64,000 bases of DNA from Botryllus schlosseri (GCA_051294905.1 CM119371.1:32304001-32368000); one strand, 5' to 3'; positions 51,101-64,000 are shown, numbered from the stretch's first letter. Numbers and translations: made by a program. The notes: a model not told the origin generated them from the letters alone.

Positions 51101-54100
51101 ACTGTAAAAGTCAAATTGATTTGTGACTCGGAACCTTGCGACTTGGTTACAACCATAACATTTTCAGCTTTTCCAAATTAGATTAGAATTAGAATTATGA
51201 CTACACAGTTTTTTCTAAATTAGATTAGAATTGGAATTATGACTACACAGTTTTTTTCTAAATTAGATTAGAATTAGAATTATGACTACAGTTTTTTAAA
51301 ATTAGATTAGAATAAGAATTATAGCTACACAGTTTCTTCCAAATAATATTAAAATTAGAATTGTAACTACACGTTTTTTTTTCTAAATTAGATTAGAATT
51401 AGAATTATAACTACAGTTTTTTTCTAAATTAGATTAGAATTAGTATTAGTGTTATGGCTACAGTTTCTTCCAAATTAGATTAGAATTAGAATTATGACCA
51501 CACAGTTTTTTTCTATATTAGATTAGAATAAGAATTATAGCTACACAGTTTCTTCCAAATTAGATCAAAATTAGAATTGTAACTACACGTTTTTTTCTAA
51601 ATTAGATTAGAATTAGTATTATAGCTACATTTTCTTCCAAATTAGATTAAAATTAGAATTGTAACTACACATTTTTTTCTAAATTAGATTAGAATTAGTA
51701 TTATAGCTACAGTTTCTTCCAAATTAGATTAAAATTAGAATTGTAACTACACGTTTTTTTCTAAACTAGATTAGAATTAGTATTATAGCTACAGTTTCTT
51801 CCAAATTAGATTAGAATTAGAATTACTGAATTTGCAAAAAATTGGTCATTGAGTTCAGTTCATTCTCATGAGAATGACAAATGTTCGTACAACAAGTTTG
51901 GCCCATTTTGCATTACACAGAACGTTTTCAGGGAAACTAGAAATTAGATTAGAATTAGATTACCAGCATTTCGCTTTGCTTAGTCGAATTACCCAACTAG
52001 AATTATCTAGTTGTCCAAGTCTGCTCCAGAATGACGCAAAGCAATCCAAAAATCTCCTTCCACTTAAAAGCCAAAGACCAAAAACCAAGCAGTTTTGCCT
52101 ACAAGCTTTTCAAGTAGCGGTGTGCAAGCAGCCTAAAAACATAACCACTCAGGCGAGCACGCAAATCGTACTCGAGTACTCCAAAAACAGAAGTACTCCG
52201 TCACTAACCCCCTCCGACGTTACCTCGATTTCTTCCTCCGTAGAACTCTCCTCTTCGTCTGACAACAGGAATTCCTCGGCGTCGTAAAACATATCCGACA
52301 TGGTCTCGGATATCGACAGCTGGCTGTCTGAGGACATGTTACTCAACATCTTGTGCTGTTGACAGAATACAAGAGTGAATAATGTTAATCAAATCTGATG
52401 GATCTCAAATGTATGCATATAACAAGCAAATCGTAGCACAATTCTCTGCAGGGCTGTAGTAACTCGCCATTTTTTGATGACTCGACTTGACTCGAGTTAT
52501 TCTTTCGAACCAAGTCATATGACTCAAGACTAGGACGGCCAAGACAGACATTTCATTGTAACTTCTAAGAAAAGTGAAGTTACCACATAATTGGTATTTC
52601 GTATATCAGTCCTGATACTTGGAAAATAGGGTCAGAAACTGTAAGGACCAAGGAAAATTAGGATATTATGAATGCGAGCCATTCTATAATCACTCAAGTA
52701 TAGTTGGAAAAAGTGGGTCGAACCGGACTGAACTAAAAACAGTGAACATAATGACTTGGACTCGAGTCAAAACACTGTCACTCAGACTCAACTATGGACC
52801 TCAACCTTAACTCGTTGGTGATATGAAAATGACTCGACTTGAGTCAAGTAAAAACTGTAAAAGTGAGATTGACTTTTGTCTCGGAACCCTGTGACTTGGT
52901 TACAACCCTGCTTCTCTGCACTGGTCTTATATATAGGAAAAGTGAATGTCTCCATTATTACAATTGCATAGCATATTCATATTGAAATGAGACTGAAGAT
53001 TTCGCGTCGTTGGAAGGGTCCGTTCACACTTTCATTTGTGTGCCTTGGAGTCGACTTTTATCAAAATACACCAGCCAAGGCTGTGCCAAAAAAGGAGTTT
53101 GTGTATCACCTAAAAATAGTACATTGAACGCTCTCTCATTCGAAATTTCACGCCGGTGACGTCATATTTTGAGATACGATTGTTGATATACAATGTTCTT
53201 TCCGATTCTCTACTAGTTGCTGACGATTACCCCTGACGAGTGTCAGCCGAAAATATTCGGATTTATTTTAGTATTAACACACTACTTTATTGTACATTGA
53301 AGTTCTGTACCCCAAAGAATCTCTTTACAGTTTGACAAACTAGATTAAAAGAATTAGTACTAAGCTATAGTTATACAGTTTTCTCCAAACTAGATTATAA
53401 TTAGAATGATTGAATTGGCCATTTTACTTGAACTACTCTCATTATACAACTAGAATATCTAATTGTCCTAGTCTGTTATTCGCCAACCAAAACTTTGAGT
53501 CAAGCCTGCCTCACACCCTAGCCTAGAGTCACATCATTTCGAACTATACAGCTGCACCACAGCTCAACTTCAATGGCACAATTCCACACTGCCCTAATCC
53601 TTGTAAAATTCAACCACACAATGTCTGACGTTACATCGGTTACTACACAATCATTATTTTACACTTTCGCTATCCTTATAACATAACCAGTAGTGCTGTA
53701 TCACGGGACTTATGCGCAAGGGACGAACAATGCAGTGACATCGATGCTATCATTGGTATTACCCTGCTATTTCACAACTGCAAGTCATGGGAAGCCACAA
53801 TAATGCTTACAAGTGCATGATTTCCAACTGCTCACTTGAATGAGTCATTTTAGTTGAATTTTGATAACCATATTCAGCATTGTAACATGATCATGCCAAT
53901 ATCCTGTATTACACGCTAATCCTGCGTGATACTATGAGCAAAATTCCAAATAAACTAAGGATAACTGCAGTTTACATGAAAAAACGTCTCTGATTATGGA
54001 TTGTAACAAAGTCAAAAGGCTCCAAGTCCCAAGTCAATCTCAATTTTATAGTTTTGGTTCGAGTCCAGTGGAGTCATTTTTAATTCACCAACGAGTCCAA

Positions 54101-57100
54101 ATCAGCGAGCAGAGGGCCGAGTCTGAGATCAAGTCATTACGCTGACTGCTCAGTTCCGAGTTTAAGTCATGTTAAACCCACTTTTCATAACTCTGTTTGG
54201 TGATATCGATTTCGCATTTATCATATACTAATTTTCCTCACTTTTAGCAGTTTCAGGTCGCATTTTAAAGTACCAGTACCGATAGACGAAATACCAACAG
54301 CGTGGTTACTTTAGTATTCTTCGAAATTACAATGAAATGTTGGTTTTGTCCGTCTGAGACTCGAGTCATATGACTTGGTTTGAGTCATGCGCAATGACTC
54401 GAGTACAAGTCGCGTTAATACACAGATTGACTCGAGTCAAGTCGGTTCCGCATTTTGAGAAATTGACTCGAGTCAAGTCATGACTCGACTCATTACAACC
54501 CTGGTAACAACTGAGCAAAACACTAAATAAAACACCGGTAACAATAGTTTACATGAAAAAGATCTCATTTACTGGTAATAGAATAGTGAGCCCTCAACCG
54601 TCCCTATGCCGTAATACGTAGGATAGCAACATTACCTGTATGGCTTTTCCTCTGGCTTGGCCGAGGCTGTTACCAGATGCGGTACTGCTCGCGGACACGA
54701 TTTGCGAAATGGTCTGAATCTTGTTTCTCAAGTCTTTATTTTCCCTCGAGATTTCTTTATTCTCTTTCGTCAACTGAAAGGCAAGCAGTCAGATAAGAAA
54801 AAATAGCCATTCAGCTTCAGGCAAAAGTACTGAGTAATTTTAAGCAGGGTTGTGACCAAGTCACAGGGTTTCGAGTCACAAGTCAATCTCACTTTTATAG
54901 TGTTAACTCGAGTCAAGTCGAGTCATTTTCAATTCACCACCGAGTCAAGTCCAAGCCATTATATTCACTGTTCAGTGCAATCCTGTTCAACCCACATTTT
55001 ACAACTCTGCTCGAGTGATATAGAACGGTTCGCATTCATAATATCGTCATTTTCCTCAGTCTTAACAGTTTCTGGCCCTATTTTCCAAGTATCAGTACTG
55101 ATAGACGAAATACCAATCATGTGGCGACTAAACTATTCTTCGAAGTTACAATGAAATGTCTGTCTTGGCCGCCCTAGTCTCGAGTCATTTCACGCATATG
55201 ACAAAATGACTCGAGTCACCAAAAAATCGTGACTCGAGTCATTACAATGACCAACGGTAACTACTTAACAACTTCAACAAAGGAATTTAGTTTTTTTCCC
55301 TCTTACCCTTGTGTGTGTTTAACTCAACGAAAAAGCAAACATTGCGCATCCGCACAAGAAATATACAACACCCACCTGCCCCATAGCTTTGAGAAGGTTG
55401 TCCGTTTGCAAAGCGTTCTGCTTCTCTTCTTGTTGCATGACAGATTCCAACGCGGTTTCGAGACGCGCACACACTGAATATACGTGATAGTTTGGTAAAA
55501 AAATGAAAAATATAACTCAACTCAATCAGACTTATATCAACTACCAATCCACTAAGTTGATGGTCAACTAGCTACTGGTTTAAAAAATATAGTTGCAGAA
55601 AAACTAGGACATATTTGCTATCGTTTGGCTTCAACCATAATACCGGTGTGTTATGTTGGGTGATGTTCTAGCAGCTATTTCTAGCTCAGAGTCACCACTA
55701 ATTCACTACTAACAGTGGCTGGGTCAGGAGTTCGGTTTTAGGGGTCACAACCCTCTCATTTCAAATTCAAAACCCAATCCCTTGAAATGCCGATTATATC
55801 TTCTATATTTTTTAGCTCATTCGGAATTCAGTAATTCGTATTATCAGTTATTAGTAGGGCGGGTTTTTTTACCTAAAAAAGGAAAATTTTGACCTAAGAA
55901 ACTTAATTTTGACCAAATTTTGAGCTAACGTATGCAAATTAGGTGTTTTCGCACATAATGTTAAAATTGTACCACTTATCTTCATTTCTGGTTGAAACTG
56001 ACTGTCCTAACGCAGTAGTTCGGCCTGGAAAAACGTTTTTGGCTTGGAAACAGGCAACTTTTTACACAAAAAAACAATATTTTACTGAAATCTGGCCCTA
56101 TGAAGAATTCCAGTCGTTACAATATTTATTATGGTAGAAATAATTAAAAAATTTTGTAGTACCACGAGAGATACTTACCTACATTCTTGGGGAGAAAGTG
56201 CATGTCCTTACTAAGAAGCTTGCCAAGAATTCAACAGCAGCAGTTGTTGGCTGACAACACTCAAGTTGTGCATACACTGCTGGTGACAAACCGTGTTACT
56301 TCATTCTGACAATGTTGACTGCATCACAATCTTTCATCATGAGCTTCTTGATATAAGAACGATGCAATGCCCAAGAAGTCTTTCTTCAGTTAGGATATTG
56401 CGGTACGTTGACCATATCACCATGTTTACCTATTTGTTTCATTTGACCGTTACATGATCCACAATGAGCAGATTACAACGGTAGGCCTATAAATTAGGCT
56501 ACAAGCTGTAAAATGTCGCATGATAAGTTCCCTGAGAGTGCAAAATCTACGATGCAAACGAAATGTAAGACGTCAAAAATTTTTTGACTTTATGAAAAAT
56601 TTGACAAATTTTGACCTAACGCTACAGAATTTTGACAAATTTTGACGTGTTAAAAAAAACGCCCTAATTATTAGTTAAAGTTATCATAATTTTCCAAGCA
56701 TAATACGCCCCATACATAATACGCACCATGGAAATGGCATGTAGATTTTGGGAAAAAGCCTGTATCGATGTATTGTATGCACCCTGCACGAGCAGTACAT
56801 GCATAGTACATGCGTAAATGCTGATTACACAAGCGTCTCGTGTTCACGAACTTGCGACTTGCGCGGGTGTGTACCGTGCAGCAGTCAATTACCTAATTCG
56901 CTTGCATACAAATGGCAATTTTCATGCGCAGTTGCGCACCTCCGATTTTAGGGCGAAAAATCGGTAAAATTTCGCGCATTACACACGGAAAATTACGGTA
57001 GTTTCGTTGCTGATTTTGAATGGTCGTTAGTTCAAGTTTGGTCATTTTTGTCTAATCATTCGCAATTAAGTAATTCATATTATAAAATATGAGTTAGTTG

Positions 57101-60100
57101 TGTTTTAGTTAGTTAGTTGCAGATTTTTAATGGTCGTTAGTTCTATTTCTAGTTCTAGTTGAGAGTTTTGAAAGTGAGTAGTTTTAGTTCTAGTGGTGAG
57201 ATTTGAGAATCAAGTAGTTTGTACAAGTCTGGACCATACTTACCGCTAGTGGCCGTTTCCAAAAACCGCTCGTGATTCGTAAACATATCTTCGGGAGTCA
57301 TATCGTCCGCGGCTTGATAAGAAAACGTCGCGGTCGAGCCGCCACCGGCCCCGTGCGTAGGGGTAGAATGCACCGACTTTGAAAAGCTGTTCGGTCTCGT
57401 GGCGATGCCCTGGTCCGTGCTTACGGAAGAGGTAGAGGACACGGACGGCTTGTGAGACGTCAGGTCCGGGTTGCTGCGACTCAAGTTGCCTTGCTCGGAT
57501 ATCGGGAGCACGGGACTCGAGTCCAGCGGTAACTTGAAAAAATGGGTCGAAAGCTTAAAAATTCAGTACTTTCCAGAGTACACAAGTAGTTAAATTCCAC
57601 TTGTACTGAATAATTTTCATTTTAGACAAACCTATCCCTAGAACACTTACGTTGGAGTAGTGAAAATTGATTTTTTTTAACGTACTGAAATTATACGTTC
57701 CATTCAATTCAGAATTAATTCATCAACGAAAATTTTAGTTTCGATGAATTTTTTGACTTAGGATCATATTTTGCAAAGCTACGCACATTAATGGAAATTA
57801 CATACCGGTATCTGTAAAGTCTTAGCCCACTCACAGCATTTGTCACAAAGTGCAATGAAATAGAGATATATGTTCGAAAAAATACCAAATTATTCTATAG
57901 TGGCTGTAAAACTTGCACCAAATTCTTTCTGGTCGCGTAAAAGCTACTTCCTATTAATCGAAATTTCATGCCAGGGGGATGTCATATTTTGTTATACGAT
58001 TGTTGATATACAATGTTCTTTCCAACCCTCTACAATTGAACAACACCTAAGCCCGTTAAACAAATTGCCTCAAATAGTGTATTACCCTCATAGAATCCGT
58101 CCTGCGGTGTTGTTCCGGTGTAGTCACGTGCGCGCCTCCGCTTTTTTGTAACCTCTTCGACGCCTTTTTCGATAGCTTTTTCTCCTTCTTCGACAGCGAT
58201 GTGCTGGGTGTGGGCGGGTGCTTGAGGGGTGAAAACAAGGCCGAGCCCCGCCTCATGGCGCGCATGATTTCCGAGAGACGATCCACGTCTTTACGTATAG
58301 ATGATAGCGCTGCGTACATATGAGGAAGTTATTGCAGGCAGATATTGATATGATTATATGGGGCACTGAAATTCTACATTCCTTGACACGAAACTTATCA
58401 ACAAGCATTATAGTTTCAGTACTATCTTCCACTGTGGAAGGGTTGACTTGAGTCATGAATCGACTTGAGTCCTGATTTTTTGATGACTCGACCCGGGTCA
58501 AATTTTGTATCGACTCGGCTTGTACTCGAGTCATAGTGCATGACTCGAGACTAGGACGGCCAGGATAGTCATTTCATTGTACCTTTGAAGAATAGTAAAG
58601 TTACCACATTATTGGTATTTTGCCTATCGGTCCTGATACTTAGAAAGGGCCAGAATTTGAGGAAAAGTGCTATAATAGGAATGCGAGAACTGAGATTGAC
58701 TCATGATCGTGACTCGGAACCTTGAGACTTGGTTACAACCCTGACTCGAGTCAAAGTTTAATGACCTACTCATCATAACGTCACACCTAGTTGTTCAAGT
58801 AGTGCTGTAAAAATACAACTGACCATATCTGGCTGACACCGTATATCAGGGGTCGCAAACTCAAAACTGGTCGTGGGCCACTGCTCAAATTCGTAGAGGG
58901 CTCGGACTGCAAGAATGCAATATCGAGACAAAATAGGCCACAGTTTTAGCAGTCACGCTTTTAAAACTTCACGTCAGTACAACCATGTGCACTCTGACAT
59001 GGGCAACGGGCAGAGTTTCGACAAAATAAGTACCGTAATATTTTAATAAAGAAATACAAATTCAACAAAAAAATAAATCATAATCATCAATTTCATTATA
59101 ATATTTTGAGCTATGAGTGGCACACGATACACTTTTCAATGACCAAGGAATCGATATCAGGGCTAGTGAGACATGTTACTAGCTGAAAGACCATCTCCTC
59201 GTAAAGCTTAATCTTGTGGGGAAGTCCTAAGTCTGCGGTTCTCAACCGGGGGTCCGCGAAACTTTTACAGGGGGTCCGCAAAACCCCCAAATTTGATTTG
59301 CTTCTGCTAAAACTTTAGGACTCATATCAACCGGATGGCCATCAGAGATGAAATATTCTGCTCTCCAAACTTGTTTCAATTACCAAATTGCGAATAGCTT
59401 ACTGATACAAACATATTGATGTTAAGCGATGTTTTGTTGGGGTTTTCAAGAAAAAATTGTTTGCAAAAATCCATTTTTCCTGGCATATACATAACCACTA
59501 TTTTAGAATAACTTCAAGATGAGCTGCTAGATAGCAATGACAATGCTGGACGGTATATGTTCATTAAAAATCTGTTTCTCAATTTTAATGCCATACATGC
59601 TGCGCCTTGCGTTTAATACCCAAAGATGTAGTGAGAACCAAAAAATCATCCTCGCGGGCCGCATGTTGTTGACCCCTGCCCTATAATTATAAATAGAGTG
59701 ATTATGGCTTCTAAGAGATGTCGAGAATTATTGGCTGAACTCTGATATTAATGATAAGGGATTAGCCTATAGAAGGCTTGTAGTGAACTGGTACCTGCTG
59801 AACATTCTTCGATGGAGTCCATGGTGTTCACCGAGAAGTCCGCCGATACGGAGTGATTCCTTGACGGAGAAGTCTAAATTCAGAAATATAATCACGAGTT
59901 CAATGCCAGGTAAAAAATTGAGTGCTAGTAATAGTACAGATGAAAATCGATATGGATATAACAAAACTAGTTTTGGAATGGTTATAGATTCAATAAACAA
60001 TTGAATAATATATTCATATTGAAATGAACCCGAATATTTTCGGCTGACACTCGTCAGGGGTGATCGTCAGGATATAGATTTCCATCATTTAGGAGGTAAC

Positions 60101-61291
60101 ACGATTGGAAAAGAATCCGGATGTGGAATTGACTCTCAAAGTAGAAACTGGAATAGTATTAAAAAATTTCAAACCCTACTATCTGAAAGACAAACAATCC
60201 CATGCCTAGTGAATGTAGCCTACTAATACGTTTATGTCAATATGAAGATATTACTCAATAATATACTGAAGTTGTGTGCCTCAAAGATTCTCTTAAAAGA
60301 AGTCAACCCGAAATTCACCTTGGTACAAAGTACAAAATATGGAAATGACTCATTGCGACATCACACAAATATTGGAAATATTGAGTTCTACAGAAGCCAA
60401 TGTGGAATACTGCTCACAATAGAGTTGCTCAACAGAAACCAGATAGCAACCTAGAATATTATTGTATATTGCAATGATTTATAGGTTCGGAAAGTAGACT
60501 TGGTTTGGACAGTCACAAACCCCCCAAGTTTTTGAAATAAACTATGACCAATAATTTCAATCCTTTTGTAGGAGGGTGTAGTGTACTTTCATATCCACAA
60601 CAACATGACCACCACCAGCAGTGTACCCCGTTAACATGCTTGAGTTATCATTATGGCGTTTACAATTGATTTGGAGCTCGGACTTCACAACTATATCCAA
60701 GAATTCTCTAATTAAACTAATTTAAAATGCCTGTTATCTAATTTGTGAGATCTTTCTTTGCTGTAATTCTGAGTTTTTGCGAATTCATTAATTTCAATTC
60801 TACTTAGATCTACTTTTGAAAAAATTAATATTTTCTAGTTGACTGAGTATGGCTTAGAGCGGTATTTCTCTTTTTTTGTCGTCACGGACCCCTTTTCGAC
60901 CCCCTCCAGTTTTAGTTCGAATTTAGCTCAATTACCGTGCAACCATCGAATGTCTTGTGCAAATATTAACTGTAGACTAGAGATAAACAGCAAAAAATGA
61001 CTTTTCTTCCAAGTAACATCATACCATATGTAGAAATTGCATGACAAGTGAAGTAATAGGCAGAACCTACTTGAATACTGACAATCTCTATACCGGTAAT
61101 GGGTGGTCTGTGTCTTCGAGTTCAGTTTTCGGATTCGAATCAAAGTCAAAGGACATATCAATCATACTCACAACTCTGCTATCTGGATTTTCAGGCCGTA
61201 GAGTATCATCGTTTTTCATTTCCGCTTGCCTGTACTCCCTGTGAGCGCGTATCTCTTTGACCCATGTTTGAAACAGGGCCTGGGACTTGAT
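42179..61291 (-). CDS. OSBPL6: Oxysterol-binding protein-related protein, ORP3/6/7 subfamily (probable co-ortholog); 5' exons not found in the window; ~800 aa visible
   Basis: 18 GT-AG exons with continuous frame: 61094-61291 (PH end [22 protein letters not shown]), 59795-59873, 58086-58309, 57244-57532 (LSRSNPDL), 55376-55473, 54636-54773, 52224-52355 ([12 protein letters not shown]), 50480-50552, 49911-50083 ([37 protein letters not shown]), 48871-48995, 48450-48512 ([12 protein letters not shown]), 47278-47366 (EQVSHHPP), 46843-46921 ([12 protein letters not shown]), 46610-46745, 45453-45597, 44020-44146 ([13 protein letters not shown]), 43058-43180, 42179-42290 ([13 protein letters not shown]). 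Confidence 0.95.
51165..51827. repeat. Minisatellite, ~40-bp unit, about 16 copies
   Basis: TT(C/T)(C/T)AAATTAGATTAGAATTAGAATTAT(G/A)ACTACACAGTT repeated; continues into a MITE end CTAGTTGTCCAAGTCTG at about 52023. Confidence 0.9.
53000..53270 (+). mobile_element. Second Penelope-like family: GIY-YIG C-terminal remnant plus pLTR
   Basis: [42 protein letters not shown] (one frameshift) aligns with the 12.4-kb element's FSIVARGRSLFHLKVLE..KPILCRQKE; followed by pLTR with hammerhead at 53229-53262. Confidence 0.8.
55855..56666 (-). mobile_element. hAT deletion derivative retaining a transposase C-terminal dimerization-region remnant
   Basis: TIRs TAGGGCG..TTTTTT; TSD GTTATTAG/ATTATTAG; minus strand ~56158-56300 translates [37 protein letters not shown]. 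Confidence 0.7.
56682..57000. mobile_element. pogo/Tigger-like MITE
   Basis: TATCATAATTTTCCAAGCATAATACGC ... GCGCATTACACACGGAAAATTACGGTA degenerate TIRs, TA ends. Confidence 0.55.
58847..59678. mobile_element. Non-autonomous hAT element
   Basis: CAGGGGTCGCAAAC / GTTGTTGACCCCTG; flanks CCGTATAT / CCCTATAA (6/8); relatives at 11387 and 13330-13421. Confidence 0.7.
60028..60061 (-). ncRNA. Minimal type I hammerhead ribozyme (intact) in a solo pLTR fragment of the second Penelope family
   Basis: ACCC-CUGACGA-GUGUCAGCC-GAAA-AUAU-UC-GGGU; palindromic AAUAUU at stem III. Other copies: 53229-53262(+), 62532-62565(-, GGAA), 34369-34403(+, degenerate). Confidence 0.8.
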
Positions 61292-64000
61292 CTGGTGAAA
61301 AAGTTCGACAAGGTCGTCAACAACAGGCAGCCCCATCGCCGCGATTCCGAGAATTCGGCACAAGTCTTAGAGTTAAATCGTATATACTTATACAAACTGT
61401 GTTATATCTGTTAGAATAAACATGTGAGTGAGAAAAATGACTATATTTTGAATCTGCAACCTTTGATATCATCCAGAGTTCCACAGAACTGAATTCCACC
61501 CGACTTGAACTCGATACTGAACAGCAGACACTATAACTTGAGCTCGGGCTGTAGTCTTAACACTACGACTCGGACTCGAGTCAATCCCGACTTGGACTTA
61601 GTCAGATTAACTCGCGACTCAAAACCTTGTGACTTGGTTACAACCCTGATTTGCAGTGAATCGGCTGTGGCTTATTTCAAAAATGCATGGCCCATAAAAT
61701 CGGACACTGTAATTAGGTGCAATTTTCAAAAATACGCTTAGTTATTGTGATAAAGGTTCTAATGTCCAAATTCCAATGACAATTTCACTCGTAAACGCGG
61801 TCAAATCTATACCAAATCAATTTCTACTTTACAAAATGCAAAGTCTAAAAAGTCAAGTGTTTTTGCCAAAAAATAAGACTACAACCACCAGAGTAGGGCT
61901 ACTTCCAAATGCAAAAATACTTTGTTACTGACCAATATCCATCTCTGGACAATGTATGGGCCTAATATAGTCTTGCATTAATGCATAGAATACTCTGTAT
62001 ATCGACCGGATAAAAATAATAATGCCGCTGATTATTTATCGATTAAACCATATGCGGCCTTAAAAACAGTGCAACTCAGCTGGCGAGAGCATTTATTCCA
62101 AATTAAGCCTAATTTCACATAAGTCTCAGATAGCCACGGCCGATTTTAGAAATGATACATCACAAGGAAATTATCCAGGTGTCCAATGGTGTTTAAAAGA
62201 AATGTTACTTAGTGCAACAAAGCATAACCTCCGTTTGACGTTTTAAAATCCTGTAATTGCGACATTGATACCTGAGAATTGCCCTGCTGTACCTTAAACG
62301 CAAAGGATCAGGCATTGTAATAGAGTATCAGGTTACTGTAACCTGGAGGCAAAAAAGGACTCGCCAAGTATCACTAAAGAATACCTGGTCTGGTATACTA
62401 GTAAAAGAGTAATATTTTCAGACTCTATAAAGTTTAATACTACAAGTGCGAGTGGGCAAAATGATTCGAAGAGCTTCTTGGAGGTACAGAACTTCAATAT
62501 ACAATTGAATAGCATATTGATATTGAGATGAACCCGAATATTTCCGGCTGACACTCGTCAGGGGTAATTGTCAGCTACTAGTAGAGAATTGGAAAGAACA
62601 TTGTATATCAGCAATCCTATGACAAAATATGACGTCACCAACACGAAATTTCGAATAAGAGAGTAGGCTACTATTTTAGTGGAAATAAAATATCTGTGGA
62701 GTCGCGAACGACCTGCGACATTATTCCACAGTGCAATGAAAACGGTATATAGCCTATATGGTCAAAAAATACAAAATATTTATTAAATTCTTAATGGCAG
62801 CATAAAAAGGTACACATTTGCACTTTCCATGTCATTCGTGCATACTGATTCGACGCTATATTGAGTGATACTGGAATAAAATCATTCACGTAGGCCACTC
62901 GATTTTGCTCAGCCCGATTTAATACTCAACCAAACAACCTTGTCGCTGGCCTATTATATGCCAAAACAATATAGAATGTATTATTAGTGTAGAAATGACT
63001 AAAACAACAACGAAAGGTATCAATAATAGACAGTGTCTTTGTCTTACGGAGTGACAGACATTACTTAATAACTGGGGCTTCGCCATTACTGACCAGTAAG
63101 CTTTTAATGCTGCATATCACCAATAATGTCAGACATTAATCAGACACAGCCGTCGATATTATAGATTATTTCATTAGCCTAAAACCAATATGATGAGTTC
63201 ACCAACGAACAGATTCAATCATTACAATCAATATCATATATAATATTATTAATAGATACTAAGATTCCATCCACCTATCGATAGTACATCCACAAACGGC
63301 TAAAAATAACTCAAAACAAATGACAGCAAAGCCATACCCCTGATTTACAGCACTGGTGGGATAACACGACTATTATTTTCACACCAACCTCAACTTTATA
63401 CACTCCTTTTCCCTAGTATAGCACACTGAAAATCAACTTGTTTCGATGGCGTAGCGTCACAATCACGCGATAATCTAGTGTGCCTCCATATGGAAGCAGC
63501 ACGCCGAGTATGAATTAGTATATCTAGCCTGGTATAAATATAGTCCACTATCATCAGCTGCAACATGATATGAGTTAGGCCATCAACCATGATCTCATAG
63601 CAACAGACTTGTACCAACTACTAATCCAGTTACGGTAGTTTTTTTTGATTAGTTGTGTTTCTAGTCACGAATTTTGAAAAGTGTTTGTAGTTGTAGTTCT
63701 AGTTGCGGATTTTGAAAAGTGAGTAGTTCTAGTTCTAGTTTTAGCTGTGCATATAGAAAAAAATTTGGTTGCCAAACAACTAGAAAACACTTGCCGTCGT
63801 TAGGCGTGAATCGTGATACCGATGCAAGTGTTATGGGGTGGGTTTTAGGGGTCGAAACCCCTCTCATTTCAAACTTGAACTGACGTATATGTGAAAACCG
63901 ATCCGATTCCGATAAAATAAATATTAATAAGTTGCTTAATTGCTTCTGTTGTGTTTTAGTTGTTGGTTGCAGATTTTCAAAGGACGTTAGTTCTGGTTCT

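Larger units (their letters stand above)
43258..61648. mobile_element. Cluster of about 12 family C hAT MITE copies in OSBPL introns
   Basis: Copies at 43258-43694 (TSD GTGAACAG/GTGAACGG), 44438-44940, 45877-46313 (ATACAATG/ATACAGTG), 47471-48037, 48038-48286, 49208-49664, ~50768-51156, 52449-52910 (ATTCTCTG/CTTCTCTG), ~53995-54503, 54845-~55250, ~58438-58743, ~61500-61648; TIR CAGGGTTGTAA with GACTCGAGTC subterminal arrays. Confidence 0.88.

Noticed and set aside
51165..51827. CRISPR-like array
   Set aside because: Units are contiguous with no unique spacers, the context is a eukaryotic intron, and there are no cas genes.
62727..62780. CACAGTG plus A-rich tract resembling a Transib/RSS end (relatives at about 42600, 47402 and 57844)
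   Set aside because: The related copies read CACAAAG(T/C)G, and no paired TIR, 5-bp TSD or fixed spacer was found.
61292..64000. Upstream OSBPL PH-domain exons
   Set aside because: No convincing coding segment was found; they probably lie beyond the window.

Overview
Eukaryotic, intron-rich, transposon-dense genomic window. It is probably from a marine invertebrate chordate such as an ascidian; this is inferred from short introns, gene content and TE types and is not proven. Three spliced genes can be reconstructed by hand from GT-AG sites with consistent intron phases. (1) A secreted fibrinogen-related (FReD) gene on + (14273-21985) with an unusual N-terminus and an in-frame TGA 16 codons before the apparent ancestral stop. 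(2) A GPI-anchored Ly6/uPAR (three-finger, LU) protein gene on + (32808-38148) in which a complete uPA/tPA-like kringle domain is inserted inside the LU domain, between Cys5 and Cys6, as a phase 1-1 two-exon module. This is the most striking item in the window. (3) The 3' 18 exons of an OSBP-related lipid transfer protein of the ORP3/6/7 subfamily on - (42179-61291; end of PH domain, FFAT motif, ORD with EQVSHHPP). The rest is a mosaic of mobile DNA: many non-autonomous hAT elements with 8-bp TSDs (several nested up to three deep), Harbinger-type and pogo-type MITEs, long foldback palindromes, 5'-truncated RNase H-bearing I-group LINEs, a tRNA-derived SINE, and two Penelope-like families whose terminal repeats carry minimal type I hammerhead ribozymes (six motif copies). 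All coordinates were read by eye and may be off by a few bases. No database searches were run.
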